This document shows, piece by piece, positions 1 to 8,308 of a stretch of 64,000 bases of DNA. The stretch is from Candidatus Iainarchaeum sp. (GTDB lineage: Archaea > Iainarchaeota > Iainarchaeia > Iainarchaeales > Iainarchaeaceae): positions 64,001-128,000 of the forward strand of contig JBDRLP010000027.1 of assembly GCA_043812975.1 (NCBI GenBank). Reading direction: 5' to 3'. How positions within the stretch are numbered: the stretch's first letter is position 1; every line of letters begins with the position of its first letter. The notes under the pieces were generated by a model. That model worked only from the letters and a program-made list of their open reading frames with translations, did not search any database and was not told where the DNA came from. The position numbers and the translations under genes are program-made.

Positions 1-194
1 TTCCCTTGTTCCATTTGTTTCTTTTTGAATAAAGTTCCTAAATCAGTTTGTCTCCAGTGTCTGTTTCCTCTTTTATTGTAAATTCTTTTTCCTGCTTTCT
101 GCAGTATCCATACAGGCGCATTGGTTAAACCTGAACCGATTTCTTTTCTTGCCGAAATCAAAAATTCTTTTTCTTCTTCAGTTTTTCTTCCCAT
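1..194 (-). CDS. rpl39e: 50S ribosomal protein L39e (3' end runs off the window)
   Basis: Manual translation MGRKTEEEKEFLISARKEIGSGLTNAPVWILQKAGKRIYNKRGNRHWRQTDLG has the L39e-type P.W...RHWR signature; conserved position after rps19e and PDCD5. Confidence 0.8.
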   Translation of the reverse strand, partial: MGRKTEEEKEFLISARKEIGSGLTNAPVWILQKAGKRIYNKRGNRHWRQTDLGTLFKKKQMEQG

Positions 195-199
195 AAAAA

Positions 200-514
200 T
201 CACTTTCTTGTAATGTTAATGTCCCTTCGAGTGTTCAATTGTCTTAAAATTTCCTTCAATTGTTCTTCGTTTAATTTTCCCTGCACCATTCCTTTTTGCA
301 TCAAACCCATGATTGCTTGAAATGCTCTGGTGTAAAGTTCCTTGTTAACAAGCCTTACATTGCTCAGCCTTTGTTTTGCCTCCTCTGTTAAGAGGCTTTT
401 CAAGACGCTTTGCATTTTGGCTTCCATTTCCAAGGATTGTTTTTCTTCCTCCTGTTGTTCTAAATATTTTTGTTTTAATTCTTCAAGCTTTTTTTCCTTC
501 AGGTCTTGGCTCAT
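200..514 (-). CDS. PDCD5-like dsDNA-binding protein
   Basis: LLTEEAKQRLSNVRLV motif and C-terminal INITRK; start moved to MSQDLK at 514; typical position downstream of rps19e. Confidence 0.88.
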   Translation of the reverse strand: MSQDLKEKKLEELKQKYLEQQEEEKQSLEMEAKMQSVLKSLLTEEAKQRLSNVRLVNKELYTRAFQAIMGLMQKGMVQGKLNEEQLKEILRQLNTRRDINITRK

Positions 515-1112
515 GCTTTTCCCCTTTAGGTTGTTCTTTTTTTTCTTTTGGAGCTTCTTTAGCTTCCTGTTTTTTTTCTTTCTGCAATTCTGCATTTTCT
601 TTCTGCACTTGAGCTTTCTTTTCATCTAATCTTTTTTTCATATTTGCTTCTATCCGATTCATTCTTTCCTGTTTTGCCATTAATTTTTTCTTATTGATTT
701 CATCAACCACTTTCTGAACATCTTTTGATTTTGCGTAAAGCAGTTTTTCTCCTAGGCCTGTTACTATTCTTCCTTTCTTATCTTTCTTAAGCAAACCTTG
801 TTTTTCAAGCTGCTGTAAACATACTCTGATAACTTTTCCTGATGCTTTTCTTTTTGCTTCAGGTTTAACTCCTCTGTTTTTTCTTCCGCCGTAATAGGTT
901 CTAAGGCTTCCTGTTCCTGTTGAACCGTGTTTATAAATCTGGTAGAGAATGCTTGCGTTTCTCACATAAAACCAATCAGGATTGTTTGGAGTTCTTTCTT
1001 TATGCGCCCCTGTTTTTATATAAGAGAATAGCTCTGGCTGTTGAATTTTGCCTTTTAGTTCTTTGGCAACTTCTTCTATAAGCATTCCTGCCGGCACGTC
1101 AAATATACCCAT
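483..1112 (-). CDS. rps19e: 30S ribosomal protein S19e with long charged C-terminal tail
   Basis: KTGAHKER..PDWFYVRNAS, YGGRKNRG and ASGKVIRVCLQQLE motifs. Confidence 0.96.
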   Translation of the reverse strand: MGIFDVPAGMLIEEVAKELKGKIQQPELFSYIKTGAHKERTPNNPDWFYVRNASILYQIYKHGSTGTGSLRTYYGGRKNRGVKPEAKRKASGKVIRVCLQQLEKQGLLKKDKKGRIVTGLGEKLLYAKSKDVQKVVDEINKKKLMAKQERMNRIEANMKKRLDEKKAQVQKENAELQKEKKQEAKEAPKEKKEQPKGEKHEPRPEGKKA

Positions 1113-1174
1113 CAGCGGACACCTCCGCTGGAGAGGTGTGCTGCCTTCGGCACCACGTACTCACTTACGTTCGT
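1113..1174. repeat. GC-rich pseudoknot-hairpin element, copy A
   Basis: cagcgg-acacct-ccgctg-gag-aggt, then a hairpin and ctcacttacgttcg; same layout as copies at 11901, 20030 and 33703. Confidence 0.65.
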
Positions 1175-1299
1175 TTTTGTCATAATCTTCACCTTTTTCC
1201 CTTTTCAGGGTTGTTTTGTTTCAATCCGCTTTTGCGGATAAACTTCTAAAATCAGAAGTAACAATAATTCGCCTTGAAAACCTTTAAAAAGCTTGGTTT

Positions 1300-1926
1300 T
1301 TATTCCACTACTGTCATTTTTACATTATCGAATATTGTCGAATCGGGCCCCCCATAGAATGTTGGAAATAACCAAACTCTTATGCAATTTGCTCCTGCCG
1401 GAACAAGGTAAGTGAACTCTTTATTTTGCCACGTATTATTGGTTGTGACTTCTCCAGCAGTCCCGGAGTTTCCTGCTCCGCAGCTTCTAACCATAACTAA
1501 TGCTTCTGTTGGCCCTCCTACAGTTCCTTGTTTATATGAAAAGTTTACTTTTACTGTTTTTCCATATAGTTCATTCAAATCATAATCAGTCAAAATAATC
1601 GCCCCGCCTGACGATATAGGAATAATTTCAACTGCATAGTTTCCGTATGGAGTATTAGTGCTCTGTACTGCCGTTACACCAGAGAGTAGGTCCCAGTAAT
1701 CCGGGTAAGTTGTAAGCGTCCAAGTTTCGAAGCTTGAGTTTTTAAGAAAATTTGTTGAAACTCCTGCGGCTTCTCGTATTTTGTCGAATGCTGTTGTTGC
1801 TGATGTTGTGACTTGTGTTTCTCCTGTTCCTGCTATGCTTAGTATTAGTGTGATTACGATTACGGCTACGAGTACTGCTCCGCCTATGAGTAGTAGGTAT
1901 TCTAGTGCTCCTTGTGCTTTTTGCAT
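1300..1926 (-). CDS. Class III signal peptide (type IV pilin-like) protein with CBM4/9-like C-terminal domain
   Basis: KAQ/GALEY followed by a hydrophobic helix; NFLKNSSFE...FDNVK beta-sandwich signature. Confidence 0.85.
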   Translation of the reverse strand: MQKAQGALEYLLLIGGAVLVAVIVITLILSIAGTGETQVTTSATTAFDKIREAAGVSTNFLKNSSFETWTLTTYPDYWDLLSGVTAVQSTNTPYGNYAVEIIPISSGGAIILTDYDLNELYGKTVKVNFSYKQGTVGGPTEALVMVRSCGAGNSGTAGEVTTNNTWQNKEFTYLVPAGANCIRVWLFPTFYGGPDSTIFDNVKMTVVE

Positions 1927-1966
1927 TTGATTTAGAATTGGTTTTTGAATTATTTATTGGTTTGGG
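1763..1966 (-). repeat. Shared pilin 5' module (leader + 55 codons), copy 1
   Basis: Near-identical to 2432-2633 and 3186-3380. Confidence 0.95.
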
Positions 1967-1971
1967 TTTTG

Positions 1972-2595
1972 TTATGTTTTAACTAATTTTATATCATCAA
2001 AATAAACAGTTCCGTTTGGAATTGTTGAACCTAAATTGTCCCACTTGATTTCCACAGTAATGGTTGCTCCTGCTGCTGTGCAGGTTACAGGCCCAGAACC
2101 ATCAGTCCATACATTTGGAAAGCTGCTGGTCATCCAGTCCAGAGATCTGTAACCCTCAGTACAGGAATTACTAAAAGCAATGCGTGCACTTCCGCCTATA
2201 ATATTTGGTTTGGTCCATCCTGATAAAGCATATGTATCTCCGGCTGTGACATTAAGTGTTTGGGATGCATAACCATAAGAAGAACCCGAACCATCATGAG
2301 TCATTTTCAAAGAACTGTTTCCAGTTCTGCGGTCATCTGTTGAAGAGGAAACACTTATTCCTCCTCCTGTAAGCCAACTACTCAATCCGCTTTCAAAGCT
2401 TCCGTTAGCCAAGAGATTATTGCTACCGCCGCCTGCGGCTTCTCGTATTTTGTCGAATGCTGTTGTTGCTGTTGTTGTTACTTGTGTTTCTCCTGTTCCT
2501 GCTATGCTTAGTATTAGTGTGATTACGATTACGGCTACGAGTACTGCTCCGCCGATTAAGAGTAGGTATTCTAGTGCTCCTTGTGCTTTTTGCAT
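1972..2595 (-). CDS. Class III signal peptide pilin-like protein with CBM4/9-like domain
   Basis: Same N-terminal 55 aa as its neighbours (one substitution); NLLANGSFESG...YFDDIKL. Confidence 0.85.
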   Translation of the reverse strand: MQKAQGALEYLLLIGGAVLVAVIVITLILSIAGTGETQVTTTATTAFDKIREAAGGGSNNLLANGSFESGLSSWLTGGGISVSSSTDDRRTGNSSLKMTHDGSGSSYGYASQTLNVTAGDTYALSGWTKPNIIGGSARIAFSNSCTEGYRSLDWMTSSFPNVWTDGSGPVTCTAAGATITVEIKWDNLGSTIPNGTVYFDDIKLVKT

Positions 2596-2633
2596 TTACT
2601 TAGAATTGGTTTTTGGATTATTTATTGGTTTGG
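2432..2633 (-). repeat. Shared pilin 5' module, copy 2
   Basis: Near-identical to 1763-1966. Confidence 0.95.
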
Positions 2634-2635
2634 AT

Positions 2636-3349
2636 TTAGGTCTCTGTTACTTTCACATTATCATAATCAATTGTTTGAGCACCGTAACTTAATAGTCCGA
2701 TTCCGCCTGTAGCATGTCCTGTAAAATTATCTTCTCCTGCATAAACCCCGTTTACATATAATTTTACGTTTTGTCCTATTACTACCAGTTTTATGCGGTA
2801 AGTTGTTCCGTTAACCCAAGCCGCTCCGGTTATTGGGTCAGTAAGATCCACAATTTGACCAGTACTCCAATCGTAGAGCCTCCAATAATTCCAGGCATAA
2901 TACCTGTACAACAACATCGAGTTTGTGCTTCCTGAAGTATTAGAATTTCTGTAAACTGCGCCCATATAACTTGTTCCTGAAACTGGGGTAAAATCAAATT
3001 CAAAAGTATGATCGCCATACGATCCTGTGAGATCCTGTGCAAATTTCCAACCGTCTGCTGTTGCAGCATGCCTGAACTTTCCTCCTGTAACACTCCAGAT
3101 TATATTTGACCCAGTAGTGGTCCAAACAGGATTAGATGTGTAATCCCCATCACTGAAATTATCAAAAAAACTTGCCGTTCCTCCCCCTGCGGCTTCTCGT
3201 ATTTTGTCGAATGCTGTTGTTGCTGATGTTGTGACTTGTGTTTCTCCTGTTCCTGCTATGCTTAGGATTAGTGTGATTACGATTACTGCTACGAGTACTG
3301 CTCCGCCTATGAGTAGTAGGTATTCTAGTGCTCCTTGTGCTTTTTGCAT
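2636..3349 (-). CDS. Class III signal peptide pilin-like protein with ConA/LamG-like beta-sandwich domain
   Basis: Same N-terminal 55 aa; FFDNFSDG...YRIKLVVIGQNVKLYVNG...GGIGL...YDNVKV pattern. Confidence 0.82.
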   Translation of the reverse strand: MQKAQGALEYLLLIGGAVLVAVIVITLILSIAGTGETQVTTSATTAFDKIREAAGGGTASFFDNFSDGDYTSNPVWTTTGSNIIWSVTGGKFRHAATADGWKFAQDLTGSYGDHTFEFDFTPVSGTSYMGAVYRNSNTSGSTNSMLLYRYYAWNYWRLYDWSTGQIVDLTDPITGAAWVNGTTYRIKLVVIGQNVKLYVNGVYAGEDNFTGHATGGIGLLSYGAQTIDYDNVKVTET

Positions 3350-3380
3350 TTACTTAGAATTGGTTTTTGGATTATTTATT
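3186..3380 (-). repeat. Shared pilin 5' module, copy 3
   Basis: Near-identical to 1763-1966. Confidence 0.95.
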
Positions 3381-3390
3381 CTTTTGGGTT

Positions 3391-3681
3391 TTATAAGTTT
3401 TTAATTTTCCTTTCAAATCCGCATTCTTTGCATTTTATTATTTTCATTGTTCCTGTTTTTTTTGTTTCAGAATTAGTTTTATTCAAAAAAGAATTGCATT
3501 TTTTGCAGTATTTTGTTTTTAGTTCGTTTGGAAATCTTACTCGGGTTTTTTTCCCAATTTCGATTGCAAGGCAAATATATCTTTTGCTTCGTTTCGGGTG
3601 CTTTTTCAGTTCTTTTTCAGCTAGTTCAAACAACCTGTAAATTCGTTCCAATCCGATTTGCTGCATTTTTGTGTGTTTCAT
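3391..3681 (-). CDS. rnp4: RNase P protein component 4 (Rpp21)
   Basis: ERIYRLFELA, RSKRYI, CKKC and CKECG zinc ligands. Confidence 0.92.
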   Translation of the reverse strand: MKHTKMQQIGLERIYRLFELAEKELKKHPKRSKRYICLAIEIGKKTRVRFPNELKTKYCKKCNSFLNKTNSETKKTGTMKIIKCKECGFERKIKNL

Positions 3682-3730
3682 ATTATTCAGCTTTATTTGA
3701 GAAATAGAATACTTTGGGTTTCAACAGTTA

Positions 3731-4429
3731 TTATTTTTTTTGGTTTTTGTACAATTCTTCAGAATCTTTGATAAGTTTCTTGAATAAAGTGTAGGTTTTT
3801 TCTGCATCTTTTTCATTGACAAGAAAATGCATATCAGGAGGGCTTGTTAATACTTCTATGCTTATTCCTTTTTTTGCAAGCCTGTTTGACATTTCAGCCA
3901 AAATCCCGTAAACAGAAAAAGATTCAAAAGGCATTCTAAAACTCACGAGTGCATTATCTTCTATTGAATAAGTTACATGTTCTTTTAATTCTGCCAAAAT
4001 TTCCTGTATTCTTTTTTTCTTTGTTATAACCATTATCTGGTCTGCTCCCTGAATTAACACTCTCATTTCACCCATTTTCCAGTCTTCGCTTGAAAATAGT
4101 TTTTCTATTCTGTTAATTACTTCAGGGTGCTTTTTGAACTGCACATAACACATATTGTCCTGCAGCATTACTTCAGAATTTGCAAAAGTTTCAAGGTAAG
4201 TAGCATCGGCTTCAACAGGTTTCATTTCATCAGCATATCTTTTGATTGCAACTATTACTGATTCTTCATGAAGCTCTTTTTCTAATTTGGTTTCAAGCTC
4301 GGGAATAATTTTTCTTGCTAAAGCAGAATAATTAATCACTCCTTCGCCTAACGAGTTTTTTATGTGAGGTTGCGATTCAATTTCTCTCCGTACAGCTTCA
4401 GATAAAGAATGGCTGTTATGATTAGGCAT
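3731..4429 (-). CDS. ACT-domain protein with N-terminal HTH-like region
   Basis: GVINYSALAR..IVAIKRY N-terminus and ACT-like GILAEMSNRLAKKGISI. Confidence 0.75.
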   Translation of the reverse strand: MPNHNSHSLSEAVRREIESQPHIKNSLGEGVINYSALARKIIPELETKLEKELHEESVIVAIKRYADEMKPVEADATYLETFANSEVMLQDNMCYVQFKKHPEVINRIEKLFSSEDWKMGEMRVLIQGADQIMVITKKKRIQEILAELKEHVTYSIEDNALVSFRMPFESFSVYGILAEMSNRLAKKGISIEVLTSPPDMHFLVNEKDAEKTYTLFKKLIKDSEELYKNQKK

Positions 4430-4675
4430 AAATAAATATTTTAGAACAAAACATATAAAAATATTACATTATTTTTAAATTTTGTTAAATTCTGGCCATT
4501 TTTGGCCAAAAGTGTTAAATTTCATGGTTTTATGTTTTATTTTTGATTATTTTTAATTTTTGTTCCTGTTTTTTGGAAAAAACGCCTTAAAATGCCTTAA
4601 ATCTGGTAATACTGCCATTTTCTGGTCGCCAGCTTTATTAATAAAGAAGGGGGCAATGTGATTGGTGTTTTGTTT

Positions 4676-4795
4676 ATGATTGGAAAAATAATAAGACAAA
4701 ATAGAAGAAGTTTCAATCGCGAAGAGGGAGAATTAAGAATCCAAATTGATGGCGAACCTTTTCCTGCTAGGGTAAGATTTCCTAAACGGAGGTGA
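4676..4795 (+). CDS. Possible 39-aa small protein
   Basis: MIGKIIRQNRRSFNREEGELRIQIDGEPFPARVRFPKRR; preceded by tttattaa and ggtg, followed by a hairpin. Confidence 0.35.
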   Translation: MIGKIIRQNRRSFNREEGELRIQIDGEPFPARVRFPKRR

Positions 4796-4872
4796 CTGAG
4801 GATAGGGGGGATGGGATTAATTTAGTTTAAAACAAAAAAATTCTAAAAAAGGGGGGTGTTTATGATGAAAAC

Positions 4873-4889
4873 CGGGGCTTCGGCCCCGC
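4873..4889 (+). terminator. GC hairpin with cUUCGg loop
   Basis: cggggc-ttcg-gccccg between the small ORF and the 3' end of tRNA-Gly. Confidence 0.35.
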
Positions 4890-4968
4890 TCATAAACCAA
4901 AAATCTGATTCTTATCTGATTCTTAATTCAAGTTTAAAAATTCAGGTTTTAAAGGTCAAGGTTAAGTA

Positions 4969-5041
4969 TGCAGCCACGGGGATTCGAACCCCGGCCAAGA
5001 GCTTGGAAGGCTCTGATGCTAAACCACTACACCATGGCTGC
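4969..5041 (-). tRNA. tRNA-Gly(TCC)
   Basis: Cloverleaf gcagcca/tggctgc, anticodon loop cttccaa, GGTTCGAATCC T-arm. Confidence 0.96.
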
Positions 5042-5218
5042 TTTGATAAATTCTTTGTGAGTTGGCACTTTTCCAGTTTTTTTAAAAATCTGGTATTTTA
5101 AGGTGTGCTTAATATTGCTTGGTTTAATTATCTTAAAAAAGGTATCCAATTGTCCTTGATCGTAAATATAAACGGTGTGAACCGTTATCGATTAAAATAA
5201 ACTGCTTCTTTATTTATC

Positions 5219-5851
5219 ATGGAAAAAGGTTTTTGGATTGTGTGGGACGGCATTGACGGTTCAGGAAAAGGCACGGTAATTCTTGAAATTAAAAAATTCC
5301 TTATAAAAAAAGGAATTCCAGAAAACCAAATTTTGGTTACAGCTGAACCCACTAAGGGTTTTTATGGTAAAAAAGTAAGAGAGCTCCTTAATACTCATGT
5401 TAATCCTGATGTTAATGCTCAGCAATTTTTGGATCTTTATGTTGCTGACAGAGAAGAACATCTTGGAAAAGAAATAATGCCTGCTCTGAAAGAAGGAAAA
5501 ATAATTCTCTGTGACCGTTACAAGTACAGTACTTTTGTTTATCAATTACTCCAAGGCATAGAGTTAGAAAAAATAATCGAATTTCACAAGGAAATGCTGG
5601 TTCCTGATTTAATTTTAATTTTAGACCTTCCGGTTGATGTTGCTTTACAAAGAATCGACTCTGATTCAAAAAGATCAGAAAAAGAAGTTTTTGAAAAAAA
5701 AGAATTTCTTGAAAAAGTCCGTCAGGGGTTCCTTTCATTAAAAGAAATTTTTCCTGAAGAAAACATTCGTATAGTTGATTCATCCAAAAACATCGGGGAA
5801 GTAACAAAGGAAACAGCTGATATTTTATGGAACAAGATAAAGGATTTATAG
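5219..5851 (+). CDS. tmk: Thymidylate kinase
   Basis: DGIDGSGKGT P-loop, CDRY motif, ADR..H. Confidence 0.95.
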   Translation: MEKGFWIVWDGIDGSGKGTVILEIKKFLIKKGIPENQILVTAEPTKGFYGKKVRELLNTHVNPDVNAQQFLDLYVADREEHLGKEIMPALKEGKIILCDRYKYSTFVYQLLQGIELEKIIEFHKEMLVPDLILILDLPVDVALQRIDSDSKRSEKEVFEKKEFLEKVRQGFLSLKEIFPEENIRIVDSSKNIGEVTKETADILWNKIKDL

Positions 5852-6381
5852 AAAGACACAAGATTGCTATTTTCGGAAGCGGAGCATTACTCGTAATAGG
5901 ATTAATTTTTCTGATAATTGTAATTATTGCAGCACTTGTTTTTTTGATTGGATTTTCAGAGCCCCAGTCTGTGCCTCCCATTATAGGAACTTCAAATCCA
6001 AGTGTAGGAATTCCAAATTCAAATACGGGGACTCCAGATTCTTTACCTATTGCAAACACGCCTAATGATTCCAATGTTCCAAATTCTGTTATTCCAAGCA
6101 ATGATTCTTTATGGGCCGCGATAGAACTTTCGTTTGTTGAAAAAAGCTGTTTAGTTCAAGCAAAAATCCAGGCCGATGATCTTGACTGGGCAGTTAATAG
6201 TTGTTCATGTTCAGAAACAAAAACAGATTCTGAAAAGAATTATTCTTGTGCTGTTTCAGCTCTTGACAGAAAGCACGATTTGCAAGTGAACTGTATTAAA
6301 AAGAATAACAACTGCACGATTATTTCCGAGCAGGGAAATTCCGTTTTCACTTTTGAACAATTGTATTCTTTAGTGCAATAG
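5827..6381 (+). CDS. Membrane-anchored protein with Pro/Ser linker and Cys-rich domain
   Basis: N-terminal TM helix, low-complexity linker, six Cys. Confidence 0.7.
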   Translation: MEQDKGFIERHKIAIFGSGALLVIGLIFLIIVIIAALVFLIGFSEPQSVPPIIGTSNPSVGIPNSNTGTPDSLPIANTPNDSNVPNSVIPSNDSLWAAIELSFVEKSCLVQAKIQADDLDWAVNSCSCSETKTDSEKNYSCAVSALDRKHDLQVNCIKKNNNCTIISEQGNSVFTFEQLYSLVQ

Positions 6382-6391
6382 AAAAAGTAAA

Positions 6392-6497
6392 TGCGGGCGC
6401 CGAGAATCGAACTCGGGCCACAACCTTATTGCAAATAATCTTACTTAGTTTCGATTCTTTTTGGCAAGGTTGCGTACTACCGCTATACTACGCCCGC
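6392..6497 (-). tRNA. tRNA-Gly(GCC) with 35-nt intron at 37/38 (6427-6461)
   Basis: gcgggcg/cgcccgc acceptor stem, caacc-ttgcca^a-ggttg anticodon arm, BHB central helix ttgc/gcaa. Confidence 0.92.
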
Positions 6498-6537
6498 TTT
6501 ATCTAATAAACTTTCATTGGAAAAGGCTTTTAAATTC

Positions 6538-8268
6538 TCATTTTCTGAGCAGCAGTATTGCCAGTATAAGAATAAATATTATTGTTCCACCTGCTACAAT
6601 AGGAGTTCCCGGATTATCAAAGTCAAGGTCAAAAGCATCTATTATAGGTTCTACAAGGTTATTTTGTGGTTTTATTTCTTTAACTATTATAGGGTCTTCC
6701 TTTTCAGGAATTTGTATTTCAAATATCTTTTCATCAGGGGTATTTATTTTCACTATAACCTTTCCCGGCCTGATGTTTCTAACAATGTAAGCAAGGTTTC
6801 TTTCTTCAAATTCCTGTAAAATAATTTCGTTTTCTTCAACTTGGTTTCCTTCGAATAAAATTTCAACAAAAACCGTGCCTTTTTCATTCCCGAGGTTCTC
6901 TAAACTAATTTTCATTTCCAAATTGTTTTCATTAATAAAAGGACTCACATCTTTTACCCGAATATTTGGACCTTTATTAGTATACTCTTTTGAGGGGATT
7001 ACCTTTATTGCATCGCTTATGTTTCCATCAGGCAGCAATAAAATCAAACCATAAGTATAGAAGCCTTCTTCAAAATTTTCATTTGGTGCCCTTGCTTCCC
7101 AAGTTATTGTTTTGGTTTCTTCTTTTTCAAAGAAAATCAGTTTTTTATTATTATCAATACTGAATTTTTCATGAAGCACAAGTTCAATCGGCATTATTAC
7201 TCTTTCCCCTGAAACATTTTTTATTTCCGCAGTAATTTCAAAAAGTTCTCCCGGAGGAACCTGCTCAGGTTTGTTCAGATTAACTTCAACTAGATTTTCA
7301 AAAAACTCAACTGAATTTATTTCAACTCCAGGAAGCTCAAGATTTGTTGTTATGATTATTGGTTCTCTGCTTCTTGTAATAGCAATAAAATCAATTGCTT
7401 TGTTTGCGTCTGTTGTTTTGGCAATTGTAAAATGAGCGGCATCTAAATAACCAGCTTCCCCATAAGTAGAATCAACCCCTATCCACCCTGTTTTTGGAAG
7501 GTAAACTTCCAGCCACCCATGCAGTCCAAATCTTTGACCATCAAAACTTATTCCTGTAATATACTTTGTCGGTATTCCTTTTATTCTTGTAAAAGCCGCG
7601 GTTAAATTAGCAAATTCATCACATACTCCTGCTCTTGAATTATAAGTGTCTTTTGCAGAATAAACAGCATCATAATAATTTTCAAAATCATACTCGATAT
7701 TGTTGTTTACCCATTCTGTTATCTGTCTCACGGTTTCTATCTGAGAATTTGACGTAAATTCCAAAGAAGCTTTGCTTTTCAATTCCTGGTCATCAACCTC
7801 TATGAAACCTGTTGCTTCTTTAAATTCTGCAAATTCTTTAATTTCGTTTTCCAAGTTATAATCTTCTCCAAGACCTAATACAGCTTCTCTTTTTACTCTT
7901 GCTTTCCTAAGAATTTTGAAAGTGTTTGTTTCCGCATAACTGTAAAGGTCACTGATTTTGTATTGCGCATATTTCAATCCTTCCCTTTCAACATACTTGG
8001 GTTCTATTCTTTTTCCCCCAAATTCCAAATATTCTTCTAAACTAATAAGTTCCTGTTTTGTTTCTTCCTGTATTGAAATAAAAAGTAGCTCAAGTTCATC
8101 TCCTCTTGTTATTGTTCCTGAAAAACTCCCGATTGCTTCAGAGGTTATTGTTACATCCATTGTTTTTACAGTTGAAGGCCTGAACTCTAATGCAAAAACT
8201 GATGAAGCAAACAGCACAAAAAATGCGATTAAAATAATTTTTTTCATTACAAGAATTAATGTTTTCAA
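6538..8268 (-). CDS. Secreted, membrane-anchored transglutaminase-like protein (start probably MKKII at about 8247)
   Basis: Signal peptide, GVCDEFA / HGWLEVY / VDST triad, Ig-like domains, C-terminal TM helix. Confidence 0.88.
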   Translation of the reverse strand: MKTLILVMKKIILIAFFVLFASSVFALEFRPSTVKTMDVTITSEAIGSFSGTITRGDELELLFISIQEETKQELISLEEYLEFGGKRIEPKYVEREGLKYAQYKISDLYSYAETNTFKILRKARVKREAVLGLGEDYNLENEIKEFAEFKEATGFIEVDDQELKSKASLEFTSNSQIETVRQITEWVNNNIEYDFENYYDAVYSAKDTYNSRAGVCDEFANLTAAFTRIKGIPTKYITGISFDGQRFGLHGWLEVYLPKTGWIGVDSTYGEAGYLDAAHFTIAKTTDANKAIDFIAITRSREPIIITTNLELPGVEINSVEFFENLVEVNLNKPEQVPPGELFEITAEIKNVSGERVIMPIELVLHEKFSIDNNKKLIFFEKEETKTITWEARAPNENFEEGFYTYGLILLLPDGNISDAIKVIPSKEYTNKGPNIRVKDVSPFINENNLEMKISLENLGNEKGTVFVEILFEGNQVEENEIILQEFEERNLAYIVRNIRPGKVIVKINTPDEKIFEIQIPEKEDPIIVKEIKPQNNLVEPIIDAFDLDFDNPGTPIVAGGTIIFILILAILLLRK

Positions 8269-8308
8269 TGTATAAATGCTTTTTTAGATAAGAAGGATAA
8301 TGCCTAAT

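Noticed and set aside
1300..3349. Diversity-generating retroelement or shufflon explanation for the pilin array
   Set aside because: No reverse transcriptase or invertase in the window, repeats are direct, and variable parts are unrelated domains rather than adenine-specific variants.
5412..6101. 229-aa minus-strand ORF and many other antisense ORFs (e.g. 31764-32426, 59921-60466)
   Set aside because: Shadow frames opposite well-supported genes, with Phe/Ser-rich composition.
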